Of a stretch of DNA of 64,000 nt, positions 37,801-48,560 are shown in pieces. The notes under the pieces were generated by a model. The model was not told where the DNA came from. It worked only from the letters and a program-made list of their open reading frames with translations, and made no database searches. Position 1 is the stretch's first letter. Each line of letters starts with the position of its first letter. Source of the stretch: Camelus ferus (Eukaryota). The stretch spans positions 79,610,001 through 79,674,000 of the forward strand of contig NC_045697.1 of assembly GCF_009834535.1 (NCBI RefSeq), read 5' to 3'. The position numbers and the translations under genes were made by a program.

Positions 37801-38479
37801 GGCTGAGGCCTCTGCAGTTGTTAGCCCTAGATGTGACCTGGAGGGAGGAAAGGATGTGCAACCACCAGTAAATCCAGGAGATTTAACTGATGTAGATTTG
37901 TTTGGCATTTAGGAGCTGAAGTATAATTCTTAAGCCTCCAAGTGTTTGGCAGTTGTCAGGTCCTTATTAGAATATTATTTCTGTTGTGGTTATTCCTTTT
38001 TAACCCCCGTCCAAGCTGCCTGCCCACTCACTAGATGAATATCCTTAAAACTCCATTTTGATTATGTCTTTCCCTTTCCAATAAACCTGAAGTATGATTC
38101 GTCATACTCTATCAATAAAGGTCAAACCGCAGAGCTTGAGACCTAAGACCTTTAAATGGCCCTAACTTACATTTGCAGTTTATCTTTCTGTTTTGTTAAC
38201 TATACTGCAGCCAGACTGATTTCTTGAACTTGCCTTGAGAAGTCTTGTTCTGTCCCTTTACGTTAAACCAACATGAACTCATCTTACTTTCTTCTTTGGG
38301 TCTTTCTCTTCTCTTCCCTCTCCTTCCCTCCAATTTCTTGTTCTTTTCTCACCTCTTTACTACTTCAAAGCTCAGCTCAAGTGTCATCACCTCAGTAAAG
38401 ATTACACACCACCAAGCCATTTAATGCTTGATCCCCATCAATATGCCACTTAGTTAATATTACCTTCATTTATAAAACC

Positions 38480-38735
38480 AATTGCGGCAAAGGCCTCTGT
38501 TTTATAAATCAGAAAGACCTGGTTTGATTTTCAGTTCAATCACTTATTAGCAACATAGTCTTGGGCACATACCTTTATTTCTCAGAGTCTCACTTTCTGT
38601 TTATAGAATGTAACTATAGGATGATTTTCACGGGGCTGTTTTTGAAGAGCAATTGAGATGATATATGTAAAGTAGTCAATGCAGTTTTTGGTACTTGGAA
38701 ACATTCTATAAGTGATTGGTTATTATTATTATTAT
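38480..38735 (+). mobile_element. MIR SINE
   Basis: agacctggtttga...cacttattagc...ttgagatgatatatgtaaagt...tattattatt. Confidence 0.75.
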
Positions 38736-40399
38736 TAACTTTTTATTTATTTGTGTCATCTCCAACTGGATTGAAAGGCCCTTAAATAATACCTTGTACA
38801 CTGTTGATACTATCATTTTGTGGGCAGTCATTTTTTCAGGTTTCTGACCTACCACTTTTAGCCCCTGGGGTTCCTACATAGTCATCTAAATATTAATCCA
38901 GTTGTTCAGATATTGTTTTTAGTAGTCAGTTGTGAGTAGATAACTATAAGCTATGAATGAAAACATATATTCTGAAAAATGACTAGAACATGAAGGAAAG
39001 CAACTGTACTTATTATTCCTATTAATGCAGTTGTTAAAATAAGGCAAAAAATATGATTCAAATTAGTGAGTCTTTATCTTCATGTAGGATTTCTATTAAC
39101 TAAGAAGGAAAGAGGCGTTGAGAAACTGATGCTGAGAGTATCTGTCTTGTTAATATTTTATTTGTTTCATATGGTTTTCCAAGCTGTTTCTCTGCCAACC
39201 TCAAAGCAAAATACTCTGTCTTGAAGGAAGAAAAATCAGAGGTGTGATATATTTCTACATGGGAAGCTATTCACAGTCAGAGGCCAGGAGAATCCAACTG
39301 AATTGTGGATTTGAAGAAGGCCAAGAAAGTACATTTTAAACCGAGCTAAGCATAAGACACTGCCTCATTAAGAGCAGAGAGTTACAGGCTCATAGTGAAG
39401 AGGAGAGCACGTCAATTGCTCTCGATTCTCCTGGAGACGAATAAACACGTCTGCAGAGGCCCAGGAGCTGGTTTTCAGTTTCAAAAGGAAATAATGCCTA
39501 TTCTGTCAGTGCAGCTCAAGCTATTCAAAGGCTCCACAGAACAGCCCGACGGGAGCTGGATGCGAGGACTTCAAGCAGTAGCTCTGTGTCATTGGCAGTC
39601 TCTTGAAATTGGGACTAAAATTAAAAGTAGTTGAGTGCAACCAGTTCTGAAGGACAGATGGAACACTTTGCTCAGCATGCGGAGTACAACGTTAATTTTC
39701 CTGTTGTGTTCTGCATTGTTGCATGAGATGTTGAATCAGGTCCCTGTGAGTGCATTCACAAATATAAGAGCTGGAAAGCAACTCGGTCCACAATGACTAT
39801 TCTGTGATGTTATTTGCTATTTGCCTTGAACTTTAATTGGGCAAGGTTTTTTGTGAACATCTTTTATTCTTTTGACACCTGGAGGCAATGTTTTTCTTTC
39901 AATTTGGTTGGTCTTTTCCATGGAAACATCTTATGAATGCGTAAATGTTGTACTTTCTAAATTGGTGCTAAGGCGCAGAGAGGATTGTTCATCACATACA
40001 AAGTGAACCAGGGGAAGACTTTTTCTAAGAAGTATTACACAAACTATGTGGTCTCTATGGTTACGTACACGATTCTAAAGGAATCTGAAATGATCGTTCT
40101 GATTTAAGTGTTTATGATTTTGGTGGCTCCTAGTAGGATTATGTGAATGTGAGCTCTGCACCTGTTGAAACTTTAATCTTTTAATCTAGACATAAGGTAG
40201 ATCAAATAAGATAAGGGCAGGGAAAGAGATGGTGGTCATTGAATACTGTATGTACCAGAGAGGTCTGTTTTGGGGAGTTAAAGAGCCTCCTGGGAAAGTG
40301 AAAAGTGACAGTGCCTTGGCTCCATAATGGCTCTTCAATAGTCCATAAGTGGAAAAATGTGAATAGGACAAAGGATCCAGGAAATGGCTTCACAAAGGG

Positions 40400-40574
40400 C
40401 AGCGGTCCTTACACTTTCACTTGCATCAGAATCACTTGGAAGGCTGGCTAAAACACAGATTACTGGGCCTATTCCCAGAATGTCTAATTCAGAAGATCTG
40501 GGGTGGGGCCAAGATTCTGCGTCTCTAATAAGTTCCTAGGTGATGCTGATGTACTGCTCACCCAGCAATCACTG
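40400..40574. mobile_element. MER5A-like MITE (a second, more decayed MER5-like copy follows at about 40600-40760)
   Basis: tgcatcagaatcacttggaaggctggctaaaacacagattactgggcc...tctaataagttcctaggtgatgctgatg. Confidence 0.88.
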
Positions 40575-41061
40575 AAATAAGGCTTTTATTCTTGCCTTAT
40601 TTTCTCAAACTTTAATATGTGGAAGGATCACCTTGCAGAGGGTGTAAAAAGTATAACATCTTAAAAATTATACTGGAGTGAGGCTCAAGACTCTGTGGTT
40701 TGAAAAAAAAAAAACACCCTTAGATATTCTGTTGTAATTGGTCCAGGGACACTGTAGGAACTCCAAGCCATTGGAACATCACTAACCCTTTAGTACTTGA
40801 GTCCTTCATATTTTCATAACTATTTACGGCTTGACTATCAGGTAAAGACTGTTAAAGTTTTACTATTTCTTGACAAGTAAGAGAAAATAAAATGGAAACA
40901 TCACAATATTCTAATGACTTAATAATACCGTGGACCAAATCACATCTTATGAAAATATGATGTATTTTGATACAATAAGATGAGCATTTAGCAAAACCTG
41001 ATACAATATAACAAAACTTGGGCATGATATCAGGTAAAATGTAAGTATACCCAACCTTTTA

Positions 41062-41290
41062 TAGGAGGCAGCAAGATATAATGAAAAAGAAGAGGAATTT
41101 GGAAAGGGACAGGGCAGTTCCTGGCTTCAGCACTTGGAGCCTAGGCACATTACTTAACCTATATGATGATTAGTTTTCTCGTCTGTGAAAGGGATTTAGT
41201 AATTCCTGTCTCACATGGCATGAGGAATAAATAGATAATATAGATACAGAGAGAGACTTACTATAGATGTTTAATAAATAGTAGGTATAA
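41062..41290 (+). mobile_element. MIR SINE
   Basis: ttcctggcttcagcactt...ttacttaacct...agttttctcgtctgtgaaaggga. Confidence 0.7.
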
Positions 41291-41789
41291 AAGGAAGAAG
41301 AAATGATAGGATAGACTGACTCTGAAAGTAAACATTTCCCATCAAGTTTCTTTCATGTAAGAATTATGAATACAACCCTTGAAGATATAAATTAAAACTA
41401 AGAAAATTTTAAACTGATTTTTTTAGATAATAGAAAATGTATCTTTCTTTGATTAAATAGATATGTGGTATATGCATATTTTCTAGAATGCTTAGAAAAT
41501 ATTTAAACAGATGAGTGAGGTTGTATATACTGACTTGGCCAAGGTCCATCTGGATAAAAGGAGCAATGTTTTATAATAAGAATATTATATAATATTTAAG
41601 ACAATAATTCTATGTATGTATATAAAGTGAACTCTGGAAGTAGTGTTTCTTATTATACCTAGTTATTCCAAGAGCATCTTTCTCTTTACTTTTATATGCT
41701 TTATACATAGAATGTCTTCTTTTATGCTTTATATGCTTCCATTGTTTTTGAATGAGAAGGAATAGATGAAACGCTCAGTCAGGATTCTT

Positions 41790-42923
41790 TTTTTTTTCTT
41801 TTCTTTTAACATTTTTTTTTATTCAGTTATAGTCATTTTACAATGTTGTGTCAAATTCCAGTGTAGAGCACAATTTTTCAATTATACATGAACATACATA
41901 TATTCATTGTCACATTTTTTTTCCCTGTGAACTACCACAAGATCTTGTATATATTTCCCTGTGCTATACAGTGTAACCTTGTTTATCTATTCTGCTTATG
42001 CCTGTCAGTATCTACAAATTTTGAAATCCCAGTCTGTCCCTTCCCACCCCTCGCCCCCTTGGCAACCACAAGTTTGTATTCTATGTCTATGAGTCTGTTT
42101 CTGTTTTGTATTTATGTTCATTTTTAAATTTTTTTTAGATTTCACATATGAGAGATCTCATATGGTATTTTTCTTTCTCTTTCTGGCTTACTTCACTTAG
42201 AATGGCATCCTCCAGGAACATCCATGTTGCTGCAAATGGCATTATGTTGTCATTTTATGGCTGAATAGCATTCCACTGTATAAATATACCACTTCTTCTT
42301 TATCCAGTCATCTGTTGATGGACATTTAGGCTGTCTCCATGTCTTGGCTATTGTAAATAGTGCTGTTATGAACACTGGGGTGCAGGTGTCTTTTTGAAGT
42401 AGGGTTCATTCTGGATATATGCCCAGGAGCGGGATGACTGGGTCATATGGTAAGTCTATTCCTAGTTGTTTGAGGAATCTCCATAGTGTTTTCCACAGTG
42501 ACTGCACCAAACTACATTCCCACCAGCAGTGTAGGAGGGTTCCCTTTTCTCCACAGCCTCTCCAGCATTTGTCATTTGTGGACTTTTGTGTGATGGCCAT
42601 TCTGGCTGGTGTGAGGTGGTACCTCATCATAGTTTTGATTTGCATTTCTCTGATAATTAGTGATACTGAGCATTTTTCATGTGCCTATTTATCATTTGTA
42701 TTTCTTCCTTGGAGAATTGCTTGTTTAGGTCTTCTGCCCATTTTGGATTGGGTTGTTTGTTTTTTTCTTATTAAGTCGTATGAGCTGCTTATATATTCTG
42801 GAGATCAAGCTTTTGTCGGTTTCATTTTTTTGCAAAAATTTTTTCCCATTCCATAGGTTGTCATTTTGTTTTACTTATGGTTTCCTTTGCTGTGCAGAAG
42901 CTTGTAAGTTTAATCAGGTCCCA
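41790..42923 (-). mobile_element. Young 5'-truncated L1 (camelid-type), ORF2 C-terminus plus 3' UTR plus poly-A
   Basis: ORF 42406-42645 ([13 protein letters not shown]...[19 protein letters not shown]) is the L1 ORF2p cysteine-rich domain; 15-bp TSD tcagtcaggattctt / tcagccaggattctt. Confidence 0.95.
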
Positions 42924-42980
42924 TCAGCCAGGATTCTTGATGAGACTTTAATGGAGAGATGGTTTAAAGGGAATTGACTC

Positions 42981-43164
42981 GGGTGGGGTAGGGTATATAG
43001 TTCAGTGGTAGAATGTATGCTTAGCATACACAAGATCCTGGGTTCAATCCCCAGTACCTCCATTAAGTAAATAAATAAATAATACTAATTACCCCCCACC
43101 TCAACAAATTAAAAAAAAACAACACAAAACCAAAAACCCAAACAAAACAAAAACAAAAAGCAAA
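42981..43164 (+). mobile_element. vic-1-like camelid SINE
   Basis: tagttcagtggtagaatgtatgcttagcatacacaagatcctgggttcaatccccagtacctcca; ctaattacc motif; A-rich tail; degenerate TSD aaagggaattgact / aaagaaaattgagt. Confidence 0.9.
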
Positions 43165-43909
43165 AAAGAAAATTGAGTTGGGTTGAGGGAACCATCAAGA
43201 GGTGGTGAATTACCATGGGGCAACCACCCTAACCCTTAGGCAAGACCTGAAAGACCAAAGGAAAGACCAAGGTGGAGGAAACTATGTTACTCGAATGTAG
43301 AAGGGGAACCATCTGATGGAGGCTGTAATACTAGAGGAATGCAGCTACTGCCATGAATACAGATTTCAATCTCTGTCTCATTCCACTTTGGGATCCGTTG
43401 CTGGCACATCCTACTGAACAAATGCAAATGGAAGCCAGTGTGCAGGAGAGCTTGTGTGACACAGTGTGTAGAGATCACACACAGGATGAGAGCAGGGCAG
43501 AGAAGAAAAGTGAGCAGATGGGAGCTCAAGAGTGCTGAGAAAATAACCAGCACAAACAGTTACTTCTTTTGTAATAAATTAAAAAAAAAAATGAATTGTT
43601 TTGAGATAAAGCCTAAGGATAAGAAAATGAGATCAAATTTTGCAGGTATGTAAAAGGAAATAGCAAAGAATTTGGTCTGGTTGTAGGACAAATAAAGGGA
43701 AGTAGTGATGATTAATGTTGGAAGAGGCATTTTGAATCAGACAGATAATAACGGTTTTTAATGACAGTTTCAAGATTATAGACATTATTCACTGGATTTT
43801 AAAGTAAACTTGAAAAGACTCTTTTTCAGTCATTTTAAATTAAAAGGCAATCTGTAGAATATTATGAAAAGCCAGAGCTTAGTAGGGAAAGTAATGAAAC
43901 CAGGAGACA

Positions 43910-44135
43910 GGTGGCCATCGTGGAGACAACATTGACTTAGGATCAGAGAGCCAATGGCTAGAATTCTGAATCAGCACTAATTATTACTGTGAACTTGTTC
44001 AGTATAGACTCTGAACTCATTCATCATGGACTAAATGTGCATAATATTTCACATGGCTATTGTGAGATTAAATGAATAAACATATGTAAAATGCTTAGAA
44101 TGAGGTCAAGACATAGCTTTCTGTCAATGGATGAT
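43910..44135 (+). mobile_element. MIR SINE
   Basis: tattgtgagattaaatgaataaacatatgtaaaatgcttagaa. Confidence 0.7.
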
Positions 44136-44139
44136 GATA

Positions 44140-44340
44140 CCTATCAGTCTTCGAGTGCCAGAGTTATGCCAGGTGTATCCTACCTACTATCTCTAAGCCT
44201 CCAAGTAAACTCACTGCAGGAGAACTTGGGCTCGGAGTTAAGCCCTTTGTGAGGGGCCTGTTGTTAGCAAGTGGCAGAGTCAGGTCTTGAGGCCAAGCCA
44301 GTGGGATTCCAAAGCCAGGCTCTTCCTGTGAAACCACAGT
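44140..44340 (-). mobile_element. MIR SINE
   Basis: ttatgccaggt...tagcaagtggcagagtcaggtcttga...attccaaagcc. Confidence 0.6.
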
Positions 44341-44779
44341 TTACATCCTTTGACTTTTTCTCCCGTAAGGTGCAAACACACCTAAAATAGCTTTCTGAGA
44401 AAAGCCAAAGGATATAATTGTGTAGTAAGTTTTCTTTAAAAATCTGTTCGGGGAAACTATTTAGTTTGGTACTTACAGGCTCCTAATGCAAAGATATAAA
44501 ATATTTGAATATTTGAATATTATATATGAGGTCGTACAATTTCCAAATGGAAGGACACACTAGAATCAAAGCCTGCTTTTGAAATGTGGCTCAGTAAGTC
44601 ATCTTAATCATCCTCACTCATTAACTCCATATTGTTCTGCATATCATAGTCTGTCTAATAATATTAACTTCTGTAATAGGAATACTCAGGAAGAATTTGT
44701 GAATTTTCCTTATAGTTTTAAAAATTGTGATGTAATTAGAGAAATGTCAAAAACTTTCAAAAGCCTGTAAACTTTCTAA

Positions 44780-45330
44780 TGAGAATAAACACAAAATGAC
44801 AGTGTAGGAATTAATAGTAGTAATGTATATCAGAGAGAGAATGTAGTGAGAAAGAAGATTCTGTTGATATTGCTGGAAAAAGTATTAAGTACTTCATAAT
44901 GAACTTAGCAAAGGGTATACATGGACCATACAAAGAAAACTGAACACTTTTTTGGGGAGATGAAAAGGGAGATTTACATAAAGGATGGATGAGATGACAA
45001 TTATTGGGATGTAGATTCTTATCAAGTCTATTTATAGACTGAATGCAATGTAATAAATCTAGTTGGACTTTAAGGAATTAAACTGTCAACAAATTGATAC
45101 TAAGCTTCAATTGGGAAAGACAGAGGCATGACTATAAAAGTATATTCTGGAACAACAAGAACGAGGAAGGATATATTTTACTAGATGTAGGGACACACAT
45201 AAAGCAGCAGAAGTTAGGACTAAGGATGAGTGGAACTGAAAAGAAAAAAAGGATATGTATACACACATACTTAAATTATTATTATTTATAGAAATTTGAC
45301 AATATTTAAATATCATTAAAAAGATAATGG
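44780..45330 (+). mobile_element. Very old L1M ORF2 relic
   Basis: tttatagactgaatgcaatgtaataaa...acaaattgatactaagcttcaattgggaaaga...aagaacgaggaagga. Confidence 0.6.
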
Positions 45331-45414
45331 CTAAGAAAATTAGGAAACAGCAGCTCAGTGCACAAATTTGCAGGTGTTACAATGACATGTATGAACAGTA
45401 GGCAGTGACATGGA

Positions 45415-45585
45415 AAATAATTATAATAATATTAATAATTATAATTTATAATAATCATCTCATATATTTGTTATATAATTTTATTATATGATATTTATTA
45501 TATAAATTATATGTTATATAATTTATAATATATTGTAATTATTATTTATAATAAAATAATAATTATAAACAATAAATAAGAAAAA
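45415..45585. repeat. AT-rich low-complexity tract
   Basis: Almost pure A/T sequence (ataatt/tata) read directly. Confidence 0.9.
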
Positions 45586-46051
45586 TAATGCATTTTGTAC
45601 TTACATGTCTTGTGTATGATATGTTTAAAGGAGAACATATTTGTACTTGTGCTAGATGTATGTTCACCTGTTTAAACAAGTACATATTTATATTCATAGA
45701 TTGAAAGAGAAAGAACATGGATAAATAAAAACAGTGTTAAATTCAGATAGTGGAATAAGAGTGATTTTTGTTGTTTCTAAAATTATTTTACTATTTTTGT
45801 AATGTTTAACATTAAAGGTTTTAGTATAGATTATGTGAACTTTCATACAGAATATAACAAAAGCATCAACCACAGTGTATTGGCTAAATATTGTTTGGCA
45901 TACTAAACTTGAACCAATGAAAATAATTCTCAAGTATAAACACAAGAATTTATCTTGTTCTCAATTATCTTGACCATCTCAAATCTGTTAATGTTGCTTA
46001 AAGTTCCTTATGAATAGACAAACATTTTCATAGTTTCTTAAATCTGTTCCT

Positions 46052-46130
46052 CTTTTTAAAAAAATATATTTTTATTGAAGTACAGTCAGTTTACAATGTT
46101 GTGTCAGTTTCTGGTGTACAGCACAATGTG
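46052..46130 (-). mobile_element. Very short L1 3' tail
   Basis: tttattgaagtacagtcagtttacaatgttgtgtcagtttctggtgtacagcacaat. Confidence 0.82.
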
Positions 46131-46333
46131 TATGCTATTTTTCCATCTTTTCATCTACTCTGTTTTGCCTAGTTTTCTGAGCTCTTGAAATATTTACATA
46201 TTTTCAGTTGCTCTTTTGCATTTATAATGGAGTCACAATTTTCTTATAAATGAATTTATTAGTGCATACTATAGACCTATTTTTATTATAAATGTAAAAG
46301 CTGTTCTTAATGATAAATTGAAGTGATTTCAAA

Positions 46334-46427
46334 CTTATATTTCCTTTTTTGTTCTTTTAGGTAAGTAACTGAACAGGGACATGAAGAACTGATATTTCAA
46401 ATGACAGCCATGTTGCAAAAGGTACTT
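46334..46427 (+). other. Candidate recursive splice site with a 61-nt exon (46361-46421)
   Basis: Branch-like cttat, then ttccttttttgttcttttag|GTAAGT; downstream donor AAG|gtactt at 46422. Confidence 0.5.
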
Positions 46428-47689
46428 TTAGTATTTTAATATTATTGTAGAAGGAATTCTATAAAAAGACACAGAGGTTGGAATGTATAAGTTCTAGTTT
46501 GGTAAAAATAAACTTTTGTGTAAACAGAAATATAAAGATGTTATAGTTTTAATAACAGTGTAATTATGAGAAATGTAACACCTATATGATAGGGCTTTTC
46601 TTTCTGTAGTCTAGGAAATTGTTGTCAGCATTATCTGGGAAGGGAAAGATGAATAAGTTGATCACATTGCCAACATATTCATTGGTGGAATGAGGGAGGT
46701 GGGGGAAAGAAATTAGATACAACAGATAAAATGAACATATTGGGATTTGTGCATCAAAGTCATTTATTTTCCCTAAGGGCTTATGATTTGTTTTCTGTGA
46801 TCAAAAAATTATCTTCAAAATAGCTTAGCTTATAAAATTGATTGCTCTAAGCTTGTCAATAAGGCAGTTTGATTCTGGATAATTCAAATAGATTGCATCA
46901 GTGTGGAGAATTCTCCAGATTCTATTTATATTAAAAAAATTTAAATAAAAGGGAGGGAAATATTACACTTAAAGAAATAATAGAACATAAATGTCTTGGA
47001 TAGCTATTGTATGCATGGTTTGGGGAAATCTGATTTCTTTCTAAAGTTATAAACCTTGTCTAGAAGAATCTCTTTATTTCCAAAAAGAAATATTTAAAGT
47101 ATTATAGAAACCATGGTGTCTGGTTACGAGGAAACAATTGCATTATGAACTATTGCATGAGCTGTGTGATGTCATTAACTGCAGTCACGCAAAAGACCAG
47201 TGACATTTTAGATGCAATGAAGCGTATTGGTCCTTTATAGTAAATTAAAAATTCATTACAATGAATAAAAGATATATGAGAATACTAAAAGGGAAGAAAC
47301 CAACTCAACATTTATATAAAATTAGAATTTTAAAAAAATTTCTAATTTTTGCCTAGAAATTTCCTGAAGGGCCTTACAAAACTCTGGGCAGGTACAATGA
47401 AGAGACTTAATTTGGAGAGAAGTTAAAAGAAAGGAAAATAATTTTACACCAATAAGTTTATACTCTTCTAATGGTCATTTAATTAGCATGAATTTTATTT
47501 ACTTTGTGGAAATTTTTTGAGTGTCAAATGAGAAATTAGGCAATTTAATTAGTACTGATGATGAGAGAGCACTAATCAGCTTGGGCTATTTTTAGGAAGG
47601 GCAGATATTCCCCTGTCTTATTGTATTACTATATTACAATACAATTTACTTCACTTGAGACACCAGTAAGACTTCTGAGTGTAAGTGCT

Positions 47690-48560
47690 AAGCTGGCAGT
47701 CAAGTAGATGAGTCTTAGAAACTCAGAGTAGAGATCTGTGGTAGATTTTGGAAACCATTGTCTCACATTTGGTAACTAAGACCATGGGGTTCATGAGACC
47801 ACCTTTGTAGAGATTATATAGAGACCACTTTTGTATAGAGACCACTTTTTGTAAGATATCTTTATCTGATAAAGAACAGAGGACCAATTCCAATACTTAA
47901 AAAAGGGAGAGAATGGTAAGATGAGATGGAGTGGCAAATGTTGTCAACAGGTCAAGGAAGATGAAAACTTCAGTAAACCTACGCTGGATTTTTCCAAATA
48001 AAGGTCCTTAGGGTCCCTTTGTCTTAGGGAAGTTCATTCCAAGGGAAGTTGTGTGGCATGGTGGGCGCATAAGCCATCTTGGAGTGGGCTGAAGAATAAA
48101 TAGGATGTAAAGTGATAAAGTTAGCAAAAAATATCGTTCTTGTGAAAAATTTCATCTGCGAATAAAAGTGAAGAGAATCCAGTACCTGGACCAGGATGTT
48201 GGGGTGACACAGGGTCTCAAACATGTTTAAATGTTAATGGGAACAGTGCAGAGAAGGGGAGAGCTTAAAGGGTTTCTGAGAGGGAAGGAAGGGACGGAGC
48301 AGCAGTGCGGGAAGGGGCATTACCCAGAGCTGATGGGAGGATATCCGCTTCAGCATAACTTGGGCGATGACGGTAGGAAATGGACAGACACAGATAGGCT
48401 TGTAGACTTGGTAGGGGAGGTTTAGGGGAGTATCAACAAAGGCTTCTATTTCCTCTGTGAAAAGGGTGTGGCCAGAGTAGTTAGGAAGCATTTGAGGAAA
48501 GGAGGAAAGCTTGAAGTAGAGTTTGTGGAGGACGAGAGAGGGGAAGTTGCATTGGGGACA
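47690..48560 (-). mobile_element. Decayed L2 LINE fragments
   Basis: agatgagtcttagaaactcagagtagagatctgtggtagattttgg...tgtcaacaggtcaaggaagatga; purine-rich L2 antisense pattern. Confidence 0.6.

Larger units (their letters stand above)
41770..43553 (-). mobile_element. Ancient ERVL-type LTR (LTR33/LTR78-like) hosting a young L1 and a vic-1 SINE
   Basis: Minus strand begins tgtgctggttattttctc...tctctgccctgctct; far end ctcagtcaggattctt. Confidence 0.5.

Noticed and set aside
42406..42977. ORFs of 79-145 aa, including a Cys/His-rich peptide
   Set aside because: They are a truncated L1 ORF2 remnant and its antisense frames, not a host gene.
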